Shown here in pieces: positions 50,445 through 61,022 of a DNA stretch of 64,000 bases. The notes below the pieces were generated by a model. It had not been told where the DNA came from. It did not search any database and was given only the letters and a program-made list of their open reading frames with translations. Position 1 is the stretch's first letter. The number at the start of each line of letters is the position of its first letter. Made by a program: the position numbers and the translations under genes. This stretch comes from Salinispira sp. (lineage in GTDB: Bacteria > Spirochaetota > Spirochaetia > DSM-27196 > Salinispiraceae): positions 529,921-593,920 of the forward strand of contig CBDDDG010000010.1 of the NCBI GenBank assembly GCA_965226555.1. Reading direction: 5' to 3'.

Positions 50445-52556
50445 TCATTTTGTAATTTTCACGGCGACATATATGACACCGTCTCGCATCTCCTTCCAGA
50501 ATGAATCGGGATTTTTATTAATGATTCCATAAATACTTGATCGGATTTGCCCACCATTAACAAGAATACGCACGAGATCTCGTAAAGGTAATTCACCATG
50601 TTTCGATGCCGTTATTTCATCAATAATGCTTTGCTTAAGAATATCTGCTTTTTTTGCCTGCCGCACAGGGTTCGTGATAGCTGCCTCATGATTGTATGAA
50701 TAATAATTCTTGTTCTTCTTCTTTGTTTTCATAAGAAATGGAAATTTGCTCAGTCGGATATAGCAATAATGCACAGACCAGAAAACATTGTATTTCTCTA
50801 ACTGTTGGCGAATTTCCTGGATTGACAATTCTGATTGAGCGGATTTTTGAAATATGTCCATTACATATGACTGAAATTGTTTAAGAGACACACCCACAGG
50901 TATTCCTCCAATGTCCTTTGCTTCCGGATAGTATGGGAGCCATTCTTTTAAGATATATTGCCCTCTCTCCAATTTAAGGAACTTTTGCCTATACTGTAAA
51001 AGAATTGACAACACCGATTTTAAACGTATATCATCTCGTACCGATACTATATATTCCAAAATCATCTGTATTGAGCAGGGCGTATTAAAATAATGGAATG
51101 CGTTTACAATCAATTCAATAATCAACTGTGTATTTTGATTCCATTCTGACAAAATCCACATTCCTGTTCTGCCAATAGGCTTAAAACGGTTATCATTGAC
51201 CATTTGACTCTTCATGGATCTCCCTGTTCCCCAGGCTTTCCCCATCTGATGAACTAACCGGCGCTGTATTTCTTCGAATATTTCGTTTGGATGCATTGCT
51301 TCTTTTTTCTCATGGAGAATTCTATACGCCATATCTTTTAACGACATGAGTTTAACCATACTCACCTGGAAATGCTCTTCACCGCCATGATCTATTGCTT
51401 CAATGTACGGGATGAATGATATTGCACGTTCGATGATAGAGTTCGGGAATGTGATATTCCGGCCGATATTCCTCTTTTTCACCTCAATAACCAAATTGGA
51501 AAGGGTAATAGGTTTTACAACCTGCCAGAGTACTACAAGTATGGATTCGCATATTCTGTTGAATCCGGTATGGTCAAAATTATTCGGTCTGCAGAAATAG
51601 ATGAGTCCTTTGTACTGATATTGAAAAAGACCCAAGAAGATCAAAACAAATTGGAAAATCGGCATACTGGGTGTTTTATTGGTACCGATGCGAGATTTCA
51701 CTCTATGAAGCGCATCATTTTTTACAATAAAATTCAGCTCTTTTAATTCATCGGCAATGGAAGTGAATATGGACGTGATCGCCGGATGTACGCAGACATG
51801 CGGATTCGTTATTACTTCTCCATGGAGCAGTTTTCTCATTTTAGTAAACTGCCTCTTTTCAATTTGCCGGACTCGTTCTCGTGTTACATTATAGAACAGA
51901 CCAAGTTTTTCAAGCGTGTACCGACTATTCCCAAGCAAGCCATGTCGTTTTGCAAGTACATCCCGATCCTTTCCATTCGTTTTCTCTCTAAAGTAGCCAT
52001 GGAGAAGTTCTTCAACATTCTCAAAAAAATCATCTTTCAGGATCTTCGGGAGTATTTTTGGTGAATATTTGTTTATTTCTTCTTTAATTGCGTCGGGCAT
52101 GTTATAGATAAGGTTGAGGAGATCACTAAACTCTTCTATCGTTTTTTGCCCAACCGCTTTTTGCGAAGCTAATTGCTCTAGTGAAATTTGAACGACATCA
52201 TGGATCGTCTGGCAATGCAATTCCTGCAATATCTTTCTCAGTTTATTTCCTATTGAGTCTGTGAGCACATCGATACTGATGTTGGGAATTTCCAGCGGCA
52301 TTTCAAATTTCAGGCTTCCGCGCACGGGCGATGATGTAACCAAACTATCGGGATCCGTATTCAAGATCGCTTTCAGTTCAATGAATTCGGACACGGTCTT
52401 TATGCCAACAGACTTTTGCCGTTGAAATTCCGCAACCGATAAGGAATATATTTCACCAACAGTCAGAATACCAAGAATTTTTAGTTTGTTCATTAATCTA
52501 TTCGATACAGTGTTGCGTATCTTACTTATATCTATTTCATCTATCATCTTTTTCAT
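50445..52556 (-). CDS. Multidomain protein: 2x RNAP alpha-CTD-like, sigma-70 region 4 HTH, HARE-HTH/winged-helix
   Basis: SNRLMNKL..VGIKTVSEF and GNKLRKIL..VGQKTIEEF repeats; TLEKLGLFYNVTRERVRQIE; AYRILHEKKEAMHPNEI..RFKPIGRTGMWILSEW. Confidence 0.78.
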   Translation of the reverse strand: MKKMIDEIDISKIRNTVSNRLMNKLKILGILTVGEIYSLSVAEFQRQKSVGIKTVSEFIELKAILNTDPDSLVTSSPVRGSLKFEMPLEIPNISIDVLTDSIGNKLRKILQELHCQTIHDVVQISLEQLASQKAVGQKTIEEFSDLLNLIYNMPDAIKEEINKYSPKILPKILKDDFFENVEELLHGYFREKTNGKDRDVLAKRHGLLGNSRYTLEKLGLFYNVTRERVRQIEKRQFTKMRKLLHGEVITNPHVCVHPAITSIFTSIADELKELNFIVKNDALHRVKSRIGTNKTPSMPIFQFVLIFLGLFQYQYKGLIYFCRPNNFDHTGFNRICESILVVLWQVVKPITLSNLVIEVKKRNIGRNITFPNSIIERAISFIPYIEAIDHGGEEHFQVSMVKLMSLKDMAYRILHEKKEAMHPNEIFEEIQRRLVHQMGKAWGTGRSMKSQMVNDNRFKPIGRTGMWILSEWNQNTQLIIELIVNAFHYFNTPCSIQMILEYIVSVRDDIRLKSVLSILLQYRQKFLKLERGQYILKEWLPYYPEAKDIGGIPVGVSLKQFQSYVMDIFQKSAQSELSIQEIRQQLEKYNVFWSVHYCYIRLSKFPFLMKTKKKNKNYYSYNHEAAITNPVRQAKKADILKQSIIDEITASKHGELPLRDLVRILVNGGQIRSSIYGIINKNPDSFWKEMRDGVIYVAVKITK

Positions 52557-52710
52557 CTTTCATCTTTCCTTGAAACTGATTATCAGGAGAATTGAGAATA
52601 TCCAGAATAACGTATTATATTGGGTTTGTCATGGGTTTTACTAACTTACTCACTGTGAGCAAACTGCTGCCGCGTTAATTATGCTGGCCAGCATAAGCAG
52701 ACTTCCTCCT

Positions 52711-53364
52711 TTATATATGGTATATTCGGTCGCATATGCGGCGGGCCTTCCTCGCCCGCTGTTCAATGTGATCCCACTGCTCGTGTATAATCAATTCATG
52801 CGGGGCAAGCCATGATCCGCCTACCGCGATAACCGGCGGGTACGCAAGCCAATCTTGTAGATTCTCTGCGCTCAGTCCGCCGAGGGGGATGTACTGCAGT
52901 TCAAGATGCTTGTAGGGGCCATTCATACTCTTAAGCCACGGAAGTCCTCCGAGAGCCTGAGCAGGAAAAAGTTTGAGAATTGTACAGCCGAGGGAATAGG
53001 CCTTTTCCAACTCAGAGGGCGTCGCGATGCCTGGCGCAAAGGGCACACCATGTTCGGCAGCAGCTTTTACTACATCTGGGTTGAAACCCGGCGCAACAAG
53101 AAAGGATGCGCCGGCGCGTACTGCTTTCGCGCAGTCATCTGGAGAAAGTACTGTTCCCGCTCCCACAAGTATCTCAGGCACTGAAGCCCGAATTCTCTGA
53201 ATACTCTCAAGAGCGGCAGGTGTTCTGAGAGTGAGTTCAATAATATCAACTCCCCCGCGCGCCAGCGCCGTTGCTGTCCGAAGGGCATGCTCTGATCTTT
53301 CGATCACCAGCACGGCAATTATTTTTTTCCTTTTCAATGTGTTCTGAAGTTCATCGGACCACAT
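52711..53364 (-). CDS. eda: KHG/KDPG aldolase
   Basis: ELTLRT, VGAGTVL, PGIATPSE, KLFPA, PLGG, VGGSW. Confidence 0.95.
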   Translation of the reverse strand: MWSDELQNTLKRKKIIAVLVIERSEHALRTATALARGGVDIIELTLRTPAALESIQRIRASVPEILVGAGTVLSPDDCAKAVRAGASFLVAPGFNPDVVKAAAEHGVPFAPGIATPSELEKAYSLGCTILKLFPAQALGGLPWLKSMNGPYKHLELQYIPLGGLSAENLQDWLAYPPVIAVGGSWLAPHELIIHEQWDHIEQRARKARRICDRIYHI

Positions 53365-53456
53365 AGTGAAACTCCCTTATAATTTGTACAATTAATGAGC
53401 CTGTGAGAGGCAATAATAACATTCGATGTAGAAACTTTTGCATTGATGTACTATTT

Positions 53457-54566
53457 GCTGGATTCAACATTTGAAGTGCACCACTTCGGGCCCACTGTGA
53501 GATAGTTTAAGCATTCTATCAAAAGCTTCCTGCGGTGTCAAATAGTTCAGAATTTTTCGCGGTCGATTGTTGAGCGACCGCTGAAACTCCAGTATTTTCC
53601 CTGCGTCAATCATATTGAAATCGCAGGACTTGGGAAATTGTCGGCGTATGAGACCGTTGGTGTTCTCTACCGTTCCCTTTTCCCAACTGTGATACGGCTG
53701 GCAAAAATATACCTGCATACCAGTCAGCCGCTCAATGTTCTTATGACGAGCGTTCTCGCTTCCGTTGTCGAGAGTGAGTGTCCTCCGCAGGTCGGGGGGC
53801 AATGACCCGAGCAGCGAAATGGCATGATGAGCAAAGGTAAATGATGTTCTATCCGCAAGCGGAGCAATGAAGGTCATCCGGGTTGCCCGTTCAACAAATA
53901 CCGCCACAGCGCTGCGCTGACCCTTTCCAATTATACAATCGCCTTCCCAATGTCCTTCCTCGACACGGGCGTCAACCTCTTTTGGGCGCTCGCTAATTCC
54001 TTTCTTGCCAACGACATCGGGGTTCTTCTTACAATAAGCTCTCCGGTCGCAGCGTCTCTTCCGTTTCTTTCTCCGGGTCGGCAGCAGAACGCACCACTGA
54101 CGATTTTTCGGTCGGTAACAATACTGGTAAATGGCTTCATGGCTTATCGATTGACCGGTAATATCAATACCAATGCGCCCTGAGATTTGCTCGGGAGACC
54201 AGCTGCATTCCAGCTTTTCATGAACATAGTTCAGGACAATATCATTTTTCAGATGCGTATACTGACCTTTGTTTTTCCGACGCTCCCGCGCCTTCCGCTG
54301 AGCCTGATGAGCTACATACCGCCCGTGATCATTCCGGTTACGGTTCAATTCGCGGTAAATGGTCGTATGGCAACACCCAATGGCCCGGGCTATCTCCCTG
54401 ACGGGATATCCTTTTCGTCGATAATAGGCAATATCCTCTCGATTATCCGTATCCAACTGATTATACTGTCTGTGCACCACCTTTTTGTCCTCCTCGTAGT
54501 GGTTTTTTCTTATACTCACTATATCTCAGAGGGCGGGGAGGTGGTGCACTTATGGTTGAATTCGCC
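53457..54566 (-). mobile_element. IS30-family insertion sequence
   Basis: Imperfect IRs GCTGGATTCAACATTTGAAGTGCACCAC / GTGGTGCACTTATGGTTGAATTCGCC; TTT on both flanks. Confidence 0.88.
53464..54519 (-). CDS. IS30-family transposase
   Basis: TIYRELNRN, WSPEQISGR, GHWEGD, DNGSE, WEKGTVENTNGLIR, NNRPRKIL. Confidence 0.96.
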   Translation of the reverse strand: MSIRKNHYEEDKKVVHRQYNQLDTDNREDIAYYRRKGYPVREIARAIGCCHTTIYRELNRNRNDHGRYVAHQAQRKARERRKNKGQYTHLKNDIVLNYVHEKLECSWSPEQISGRIGIDITGQSISHEAIYQYCYRPKNRQWCVLLPTRRKKRKRRCDRRAYCKKNPDVVGKKGISERPKEVDARVEEGHWEGDCIIGKGQRSAVAVFVERATRMTFIAPLADRTSFTFAHHAISLLGSLPPDLRRTLTLDNGSENARHKNIERLTGMQVYFCQPYHSWEKGTVENTNGLIRRQFPKSCDFNMIDAGKILEFQRSLNNRPRKILNYLTPQEAFDRMLKLSHSGPEVVHFKC

Positions 54567-54573
54567 TTTTATC

Positions 54574-55568
54574 AGCCCGTGTGAGGGTTTTTTGTGTAGT
54601 GGCTTGAAAAAAGAGCACCCCTTCCCGTAAAGTATTAAAAAAACCTTACACCAAACGGGAGGGAAAGGTGCTCAGAGAGGATTTTATCATAGAAATATTC
54701 TGTATGATAAGTGATTGGATGAAAATGAATAAAAATAGTATGGAACGGTTGCGATCACGCGGGCCGAAACCAAAACTTGGCGATGATGAGGTGTTAACCA
54801 TGGGAATTGTTGGTGAGTTTTTCGGTATTGATACCGACAAAGGTATTCATCGGTATTTTGTCGAGCATTGGAGAACTCTCTTTCCACATATTGGACATCG
54901 GACGGCCTATGTCCGTCAATCAGCGCATCTCTGGGGGATTAAACAGGAACTTCACAAATACATCACGCAAACATTGATCTCACAGAGTGCTCCGGTCTAT
55001 TGCGTTGACGGATTTCCTCTGCCCCTGTGTAATTTCCGCAGAGCGAATCGTTGCAGACTATTCAAAGGTCAGGCATCGTATGGATTTTGCGCGGCAAAAA
55101 ACATGCATTATTATGGGTTTAAGGGACATATTCTGATAACCGCCGATGGGCTGATTATCGACTATACTCTTACCCCTGCGAATGTCGATGAGAGAGAAGC
55201 GGCGGAAGATTTCTGTAACAGTATGCAGGGAATACTTTTAGGCGATAAGGGATACATTGGCAAAGCGCCGTTCTTTGCGGAACACAATATCGCACTTGAA
55301 ACACCCGTGAGAAAAAATATGAAACAGATACACAGCCCTGAGCAGATGAGCTGGATGATGAATACCCGAAGAATAATTGAAACGGTTATCAGCCAGTTAT
55401 CAGAACGATTTCATATTCAAAAAATACGGGCGCGGGATATATGGCATTTCACATCCCGATTATGGAGAAAACTCCTCGCTCACACTATGGCAGTGTATTT
55501 GTGTAAAAAGCATTGCAATTCATGGTTAGAATTTAGACATTTATGCGGTTAAAACCCTCACACGGGCT
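54574..55568 (+). mobile_element. IS982-family insertion sequence
   Basis: Perfect 18-bp IR AGCCCGTGTGAGGGTTTT; 7-bp target duplication TTTTATC. Confidence 0.93.
54668..55552 (+). CDS. IS982-family transposase
   Basis: LGDDEVLT, VDGFPL, YYGFKGH, GDKGY, RRIIETVISQL. Confidence 0.93.
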   Translation: MLREDFIIEIFCMISDWMKMNKNSMERLRSRGPKPKLGDDEVLTMGIVGEFFGIDTDKGIHRYFVEHWRTLFPHIGHRTAYVRQSAHLWGIKQELHKYITQTLISQSAPVYCVDGFPLPLCNFRRANRCRLFKGQASYGFCAAKNMHYYGFKGHILITADGLIIDYTLTPANVDEREAAEDFCNSMQGILLGDKGYIGKAPFFAEHNIALETPVRKNMKQIHSPEQMSWMMNTRRIIETVISQLSERFHIQKIRARDIWHFTSRLWRKLLAHTMAVYLCKKHCNSWLEFRHLCG

Positions 55569-55666
55569 TTTTATCATAAAATAGTATTGCACTACATACA
55601 ATGTTCTGTTAGAATAGTATATCTTTGCAAAAATTGTTTATGTATTATTGATACGAGGAGAATATT

Positions 55667-57214
55667 GTGAATAACGCTGCCGTTCAGACAAAGCACAAAA
55701 CACATGAGGGCGCGAACAGCCTGATACTTGATATGAAGAACATTGATAAACGCTTCACAGGTGTTCATGCGCTCAGGAATGTTAATTTTAATCTGCATAC
55801 TGGTGAAATACTTGGTCTGGTAGGTGAAAACGGCGCCGGAAAATCGACCCTCATGAAAATTCTTACCGGCATTTATACAAAAGATCGGGGAGAAATATAC
55901 TATCGCGGGGAATTGTTTGACCCTCATAATCCCCGTTATACCATAGACCGGGGCATTTCAATTATTCACCAGGAACTGAGCCTCATGGAAGATCTCACTG
56001 TTGCTGAAAATGTTCTTATTGGAAGAGAACCCTTACAAAAAAATAAAATTTTTCTTAATAACCGCAGGCAAATTACACAAACCCAGGAACTTTTCGACAG
56101 ACTCAACATTCACCTTGATCCGCAGCAGCCGCTCTCCGAACTCACTGTTGGAAAGCAGCAGATGGTTGAAATTGCCCGCGCAGTATCTACCGACATCCGC
56201 CTTCTCATACTCGATGAACCGAGCGCGGCACTCAGTAAGAGAGAAGCCGATGATCTTTTCAAGATAATGAAAGATATGAAAGATCAGGGTGTATCCATGA
56301 TCTACATTTCCCACCGGCTTGAAGAAATTCATCAGATTACCGACCGGGTTACGGTATTGCGGGATGGAGAGCTCATTGATACTCGGCCTGTGAGCGACGT
56401 TAGCCGGCAGGACATTATCGGCATGATGGTCGGCCGCACAATTTATGAAAGTCATCAGGAAGATGACCAGAGTCAGGTTATTGAAAAGGGTCCTGTTGTT
56501 CTCAGTGTGAAGAATGTTAATGCCGGAAGACGGGTGCAAAATATCAGCTTCGATCTTCACGAGGGAGAAATTCTCGGCTTCGCAGGACTCATTGGGGCAG
56601 GGAGGACAGAAACTGCCCGCGCCATCTTTGGCGCTGATCCATTACAAAGCGGAGAAATTGCAGTAGACGGAAAGCCCGTGACCATCAATTCACCGACCGA
56701 GGCTGTTTCTCTTGGAATAGGATATCTTTCAGAAGACCGTAAACGCTACGGTCTGGCTGTCGGTCTCAATCTTTGCGATAACATTATGCTCGCTTCATAC
56801 TCGCTGGTGGGTAAGGGACCGATGATTTCAAACTCAGAAATTGTTGAAGTAAGCAGAAAATACATCGACAAGCTCAGAATAAAAACCCCCGATATTAAGC
56901 AGCTCGTTCGAAATCTTTCAGGCGGCAACCAACAGAAGGTCGTTCTCGCAAAATGGCTTCTGAGAAACAGCAAAATACTTATTTTCGATGAACCGACACG
57001 AGGCATAGATGTTGGAGCAAAAAGTGAAATATATCATCTTATGAATGAACTTACCGATATGGGAAAATCCATTATAATGATTTCTTCCGAACTGCCGGAA
57101 ATTCTCCGCATGAGTGACAGAATTGCTGTAATGTCTAATGGCAAAATTACCGGTATACTCGGTATTGAAGACGCAGATCAAGAATCAATTATGGACCTGG
57201 CAACAAGTGAATAG
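55667..57214 (+). CDS. Sugar ABC transporter ATP-binding protein
   Basis: GENGAGKST, LSGGNQQKVV, DEPTRGIDVGAK. Confidence 0.94.
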   Translation: MNNAAVQTKHKTHEGANSLILDMKNIDKRFTGVHALRNVNFNLHTGEILGLVGENGAGKSTLMKILTGIYTKDRGEIYYRGELFDPHNPRYTIDRGISIIHQELSLMEDLTVAENVLIGREPLQKNKIFLNNRRQITQTQELFDRLNIHLDPQQPLSELTVGKQQMVEIARAVSTDIRLLILDEPSAALSKREADDLFKIMKDMKDQGVSMIYISHRLEEIHQITDRVTVLRDGELIDTRPVSDVSRQDIIGMMVGRTIYESHQEDDQSQVIEKGPVVLSVKNVNAGRRVQNISFDLHEGEILGFAGLIGAGRTETARAIFGADPLQSGEIAVDGKPVTINSPTEAVSLGIGYLSEDRKRYGLAVGLNLCDNIMLASYSLVGKGPMISNSEIVEVSRKYIDKLRIKTPDIKQLVRNLSGGNQQKVVLAKWLLRNSKILIFDEPTRGIDVGAKSEIYHLMNELTDMGKSIIMISSELPEILRMSDRIAVMSNGKITGILGIEDADQESIMDLATSE

Positions 57215-57229
57215 GAATACATATATATA

Positions 57230-58615
57230 GTGAGGATACGGCATATGAGTAATTTATCTACAAAAAGGTTCAGGCAGGACCTGTTGCGATCGGCATTGGC
57301 ACCCATAGCGCTTATATTGCTATACGGATTTTTTGGCATATTCGGCAGAAATTTCTTTTCCTACAATTCTCTGGTGAATGTTATTGACGCATCGTATTAC
57401 ATTGGTTTCATTTCCATTGGGGTTACCTTTGTTATTATATCCGGCGGCATTGATCTTTCGGTTGGAACCGTAATGATGTGCGGCGCTATTGTCGGGGGAA
57501 CCGCATACAAGTCATGGGGATGGCCAATTGAGGCATCGCTTGTGCTCATTATTCTTGTCTGTATTGCCTTCGGTTTCTTTAACGGGTTCATGGTATCCCG
57601 CCTGAAATTGCCGCCCTTTATTGCCACTCTCGGTACCATGATGATTTCCCTAGGGGTTGGTTCAATTGTATCGCAGGTTCGAAGCGCCACATTTCCCGTG
57701 CGCTCGCATGAAGACGGCTGGTTCAAGAATATTTTTAAAATTATTAATGAGGACGGCTTTGCCATACCCACCGGAGCAATTCTTCTCGCTGTAGTAGCCA
57801 TTCTTGCGCATATTATTCTTACAAAGACAAAAATGGGGCGTTATATTTATGCAATTGGCAGTAATAAGGAAGCCGCTCGCCTTTCAGGTGTGAATGTGGA
57901 GTTCTGGGAGATGATGGCCTATGTCGTTGCAGGCACCTGCGCCGGAATTGGGGGCATTTCCTTTGCAGCGGTGTACACAACGGTTATTCCCGCTCAGGGG
58001 CAGGGCTTTGAGCTCTTTGCCATTGCCGGAGCGGTTATTGGAGGCACATCGTTATCGGGAGGAGTTGGTACAATTTTCGGAACAATTATTGGCGTGTTCA
58101 TTATGTCTGTTCTGAGTGTGGGACTCCCGTCCATGGACCTTCAGTCACATTATCAGGCCTTTTTCACTGGCGTGGTCGTTGTGGGAGCGGTACTTCTCGA
58201 TATGTACCGTAATAAGAAAACAGTCGCTGCGAAAACTGAAAATATTTCCAAAAAAAATACTTGGATATACACATTGTGTTTGATTTTTTTAGGCGTATTT
58301 GGCATTCACCAATTTTATGTCGATAAACCAAAACGCGGCATACTCTATTTAGTCTTATTTATTTGCGTTCAACTTAATGTTGGTTTTATTGCTAGCTTAC
58401 TTGCACCTGAGCTCGGCATAATCGTTACCGTGCTACTCATTAGTTTATTGAGTGGTCTTGTTCTGAATGATTTATTCCGACTTGGATTTGCTGATCCGAA
58501 AGATGGGAGCGGATGTATCTTGAAAAGGATAAAAGCCGCGAGAATATTAAGCGCTAGTTTTGCTATTGTGGTATCTTTTTCACTGGTGATTCTGGCAGCA
58601 ATCCTCAATGCATAA
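57230..58615 (+). CDS. Sugar ABC permease with C-terminal TM2-like extension
   Basis: GGIDLSVG, YAIGSN, GTSLSGG, then LIFLGVFGIHQFY..GILYL. Confidence 0.88.
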   Translation: MRIRHMSNLSTKRFRQDLLRSALAPIALILLYGFFGIFGRNFFSYNSLVNVIDASYYIGFISIGVTFVIISGGIDLSVGTVMMCGAIVGGTAYKSWGWPIEASLVLIILVCIAFGFFNGFMVSRLKLPPFIATLGTMMISLGVGSIVSQVRSATFPVRSHEDGWFKNIFKIINEDGFAIPTGAILLAVVAILAHIILTKTKMGRYIYAIGSNKEAARLSGVNVEFWEMMAYVVAGTCAGIGGISFAAVYTTVIPAQGQGFELFAIAGAVIGGTSLSGGVGTIFGTIIGVFIMSVLSVGLPSMDLQSHYQAFFTGVVVVGAVLLDMYRNKKTVAAKTENISKKNTWIYTLCLIFLGVFGIHQFYVDKPKRGILYLVLFICVQLNVGFIASLLAPELGIIVTVLLISLLSGLVLNDLFRLGFADPKDGSGCILKRIKAARILSASFAIVVSFSLVILAAILNA

Positions 58616-58698
58616 TTGAGAATTCTTGGAAATAACGGGGACTCGTTCCCTATTATAGTGGGAAACCTTGTTTCCCTAAAAAATTTAGGAGGTTTTTA

Positions 58699-59790
58699 AT
58701 GAAGAGGTTCATTTTAACCATCACAAGCGTAATGTTTATTACTTTTCTCGCACTGCCGGTTTTCGCTGGCGGAGCTAACGAAGGGGAGGTATACATTCCG
58801 GTTATATCAAAGGGATTTCAGCATGACTTCTGGCAGGCCGTAAAACGGGGAAGTGATGATGCCGCAGCTGATCTTGGGGTCACAATAGTTTTTGAGGGTC
58901 CTGAGGGTGAGGCAGCAGTTCAGGATCAGGTAATTATGCTCAAGAATGCTCTCGCAAAGGATCCTTCTGCTATTGCTCTCGCAGCTCTTTCAACAACAGC
59001 GGTTGTTGACCAGCTTGAAGAGGCGATCCGCAGAAACATTCCTGTTATCGGTTTCGACTCCGGCGTTCCCGACGCTCCGGACGGTTCAATTTATGCCAAT
59101 GCTTCCACCGATAATATGGCAGCAGGCGGAATTGCGGCTGAAGAAATGTTCAATGTTATTAAGGCCGATATCGAAGCAGCCACGAGCCGCAATCCGGTAA
59201 CCATCGTTGTATTCAATCAGGATGCTTCAGGTGAATCGTTACTCGGAAGAGGTAAGGGTTTCCGCGACAAGCTGGTTGATCTTATCGCAAATAACTCATC
59301 TATGAGCCGTAATGATATCGCGGTAGTCGGTAACCCGGCATACATTGCTTCCGACAACCCGACATCGGGCGACAAGGTCATCATTGACATGGTTGTACCC
59401 GCCACATCGGGTACTCAGGATGTTGTATCTGCGGCAAACGCAATTTTAAACCGCGTAACTGACGATAATGTACTCGGGATATTCTGTTCTAATGAAGGAA
59501 CAATTGGAGGCCTTCTCTCGGCTACTAATGATGGCGCAGACCTTGCCTCACGGTACAGCGATCTTATAGTCATCGGATTTGACGCGGGTATAAGTCAGAA
59601 AAATGCCGTGCGTCAGCAGCTTGTGTATGGTTCCATAACCCAGGATCCGTATCAGATCGGCTATCAGGCTGTTGAACTTGCCTACAAGGCTTCACAGGGT
59701 GAATCGGTAGAGGATGTTGATACCGGAGCGCGTTTCTATAACTATCAAAACATAGATGACCCGGCTATTGCGCCGCTTCTCTATGATTGA
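58699..59790 (+). CDS. Sugar ABC transporter substrate-binding protein
   Basis: SKGFQHDFWQAV, IGFDSG, ITQDPYQIGY. Confidence 0.92.
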   Translation: MKRFILTITSVMFITFLALPVFAGGANEGEVYIPVISKGFQHDFWQAVKRGSDDAAADLGVTIVFEGPEGEAAVQDQVIMLKNALAKDPSAIALAALSTTAVVDQLEEAIRRNIPVIGFDSGVPDAPDGSIYANASTDNMAAGGIAAEEMFNVIKADIEAATSRNPVTIVVFNQDASGESLLGRGKGFRDKLVDLIANNSSMSRNDIAVVGNPAYIASDNPTSGDKVIIDMVVPATSGTQDVVSAANAILNRVTDDNVLGIFCSNEGTIGGLLSATNDGADLASRYSDLIVIGFDAGISQKNAVRQQLVYGSITQDPYQIGYQAVELAYKASQGESVEDVDTGARFYNYQNIDDPAIAPLLYD

Positions 59791-59851
59791 TTCTTCAGAG
59801 ATTGATTCCAGAAGGAATTGATTCTACAAGATCCGTGTAAAGCAAACGCAC

Positions 59852-59884
59852 AGGGCTGTCTCTTTTTGGGAGGCAGCCCTTTTT
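59852..59884 (+). terminator. Rho-independent terminator
   Basis: AGGGCTGTCTC..GAGGCAGCCC followed by T5. Confidence 0.8.
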
Positions 59885-59903
59885 CTGTTATGGATAGAGC
59901 TTC

Positions 59904-60803
59904 TTATAGGCAGAGGGGGACAGCATATGAATTGCACAGCATCTGCGGCCAGTGGGCAGAGAGTCCGCCGCCGCCGAGCAGCGACAATTCCTGAAAGGGC
60001 GCGTATTCCCGAACTATTTCAGCAATAATGGCGAGGTTATGGTTTACTCCTTCAAGGAGCGCGCGGGCCATATCTGCCAAACCATGCTCCTGCGAGAGAC
60101 CCAGCCAAGCAGCGCGGCATTCGGTATTCCACCAAGGAGAGCGTTCTCCGAGAAGATAGGGAAGAAACATGAGCCCCCTGCTTCCCGCTGCCGAAGCTGA
60201 GGCGAGGCGGTCAAATTCCTCGGATGGATCACCATCAACATGGGATAAAAATTTCCGGCAGAACCATTCAACGGCTGCCCCGGCAGTCTGCATGACGCCA
60301 AGGGGATGGTACAGGCCGGGAACGGCATGGGCGAAGGTAACAACCCGCATATGAGGATCGGCAACAGGCGCGCTGCTTGTGTTCGCGATCCAGGAAGTTG
60401 TGCCGATGTAGTTATAGGCGGCGCCCGGCTCAACCGATGCAGCCCCAACTCCGGCGCAGATACCATCGCCTGCTCCCGCAACCACAACAGCGCTCTCAGG
60501 CAGGCCTGTGAGTCCGACAGCCCAGGCGCCTTCAGCGCCCTTTGAGGTAGTAATGCCGAATCCGGCCATCATATGCCCGCTCAGGCCAAGTGTTACGACC
60601 CTTTTCCGCTCTTTTTCGGGGAGTTTCGCAAGGCAGGTTAAGAGGGTACTCCACCAGTCATTGGGTCTTTGCTCTGCCCGATTTTCTGCGGGGTACATGG
60701 TCGTGTATCCCGCATCGGACTGGGAGATAATTTTCCCGTCTGCGGTGAATAGTGTTGTTTTCATGGAAGAGGTTCCAAGATCAATGGAAAGAATGATGCT
60801 CAT
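59904..60803 (-). pseudogene. Xylulokinase-like FGGY kinase with internal deletion and C-terminal truncation
   Basis: IDLGTSSMK, SGHM, AGAGD, IGTTS, FLPYLLGERSP and GGG present, but only 299 aa versus ~500 typical; the segment after SGHM is missing. Confidence 0.8.
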
Positions 60804-61022
60804 GCTTGCCTCCGCTATTCTATCTCATAAAAGTCCTAAAATAGTAGCACAAAATTGATATTGACATCACGCGCATAAAAAACGGCGTGCAACGCCGACC
60901 AGCCGTCTTATCGAAAAAAGTCTATCAACATACCCTCCCTGAGCATTCCTGAAAGAACTGGTATGTGAGGTTGATCCAGATGTTGATATTATCCGCTCTG
61001 CGCGCAGGTCGATCGGCGCCAA

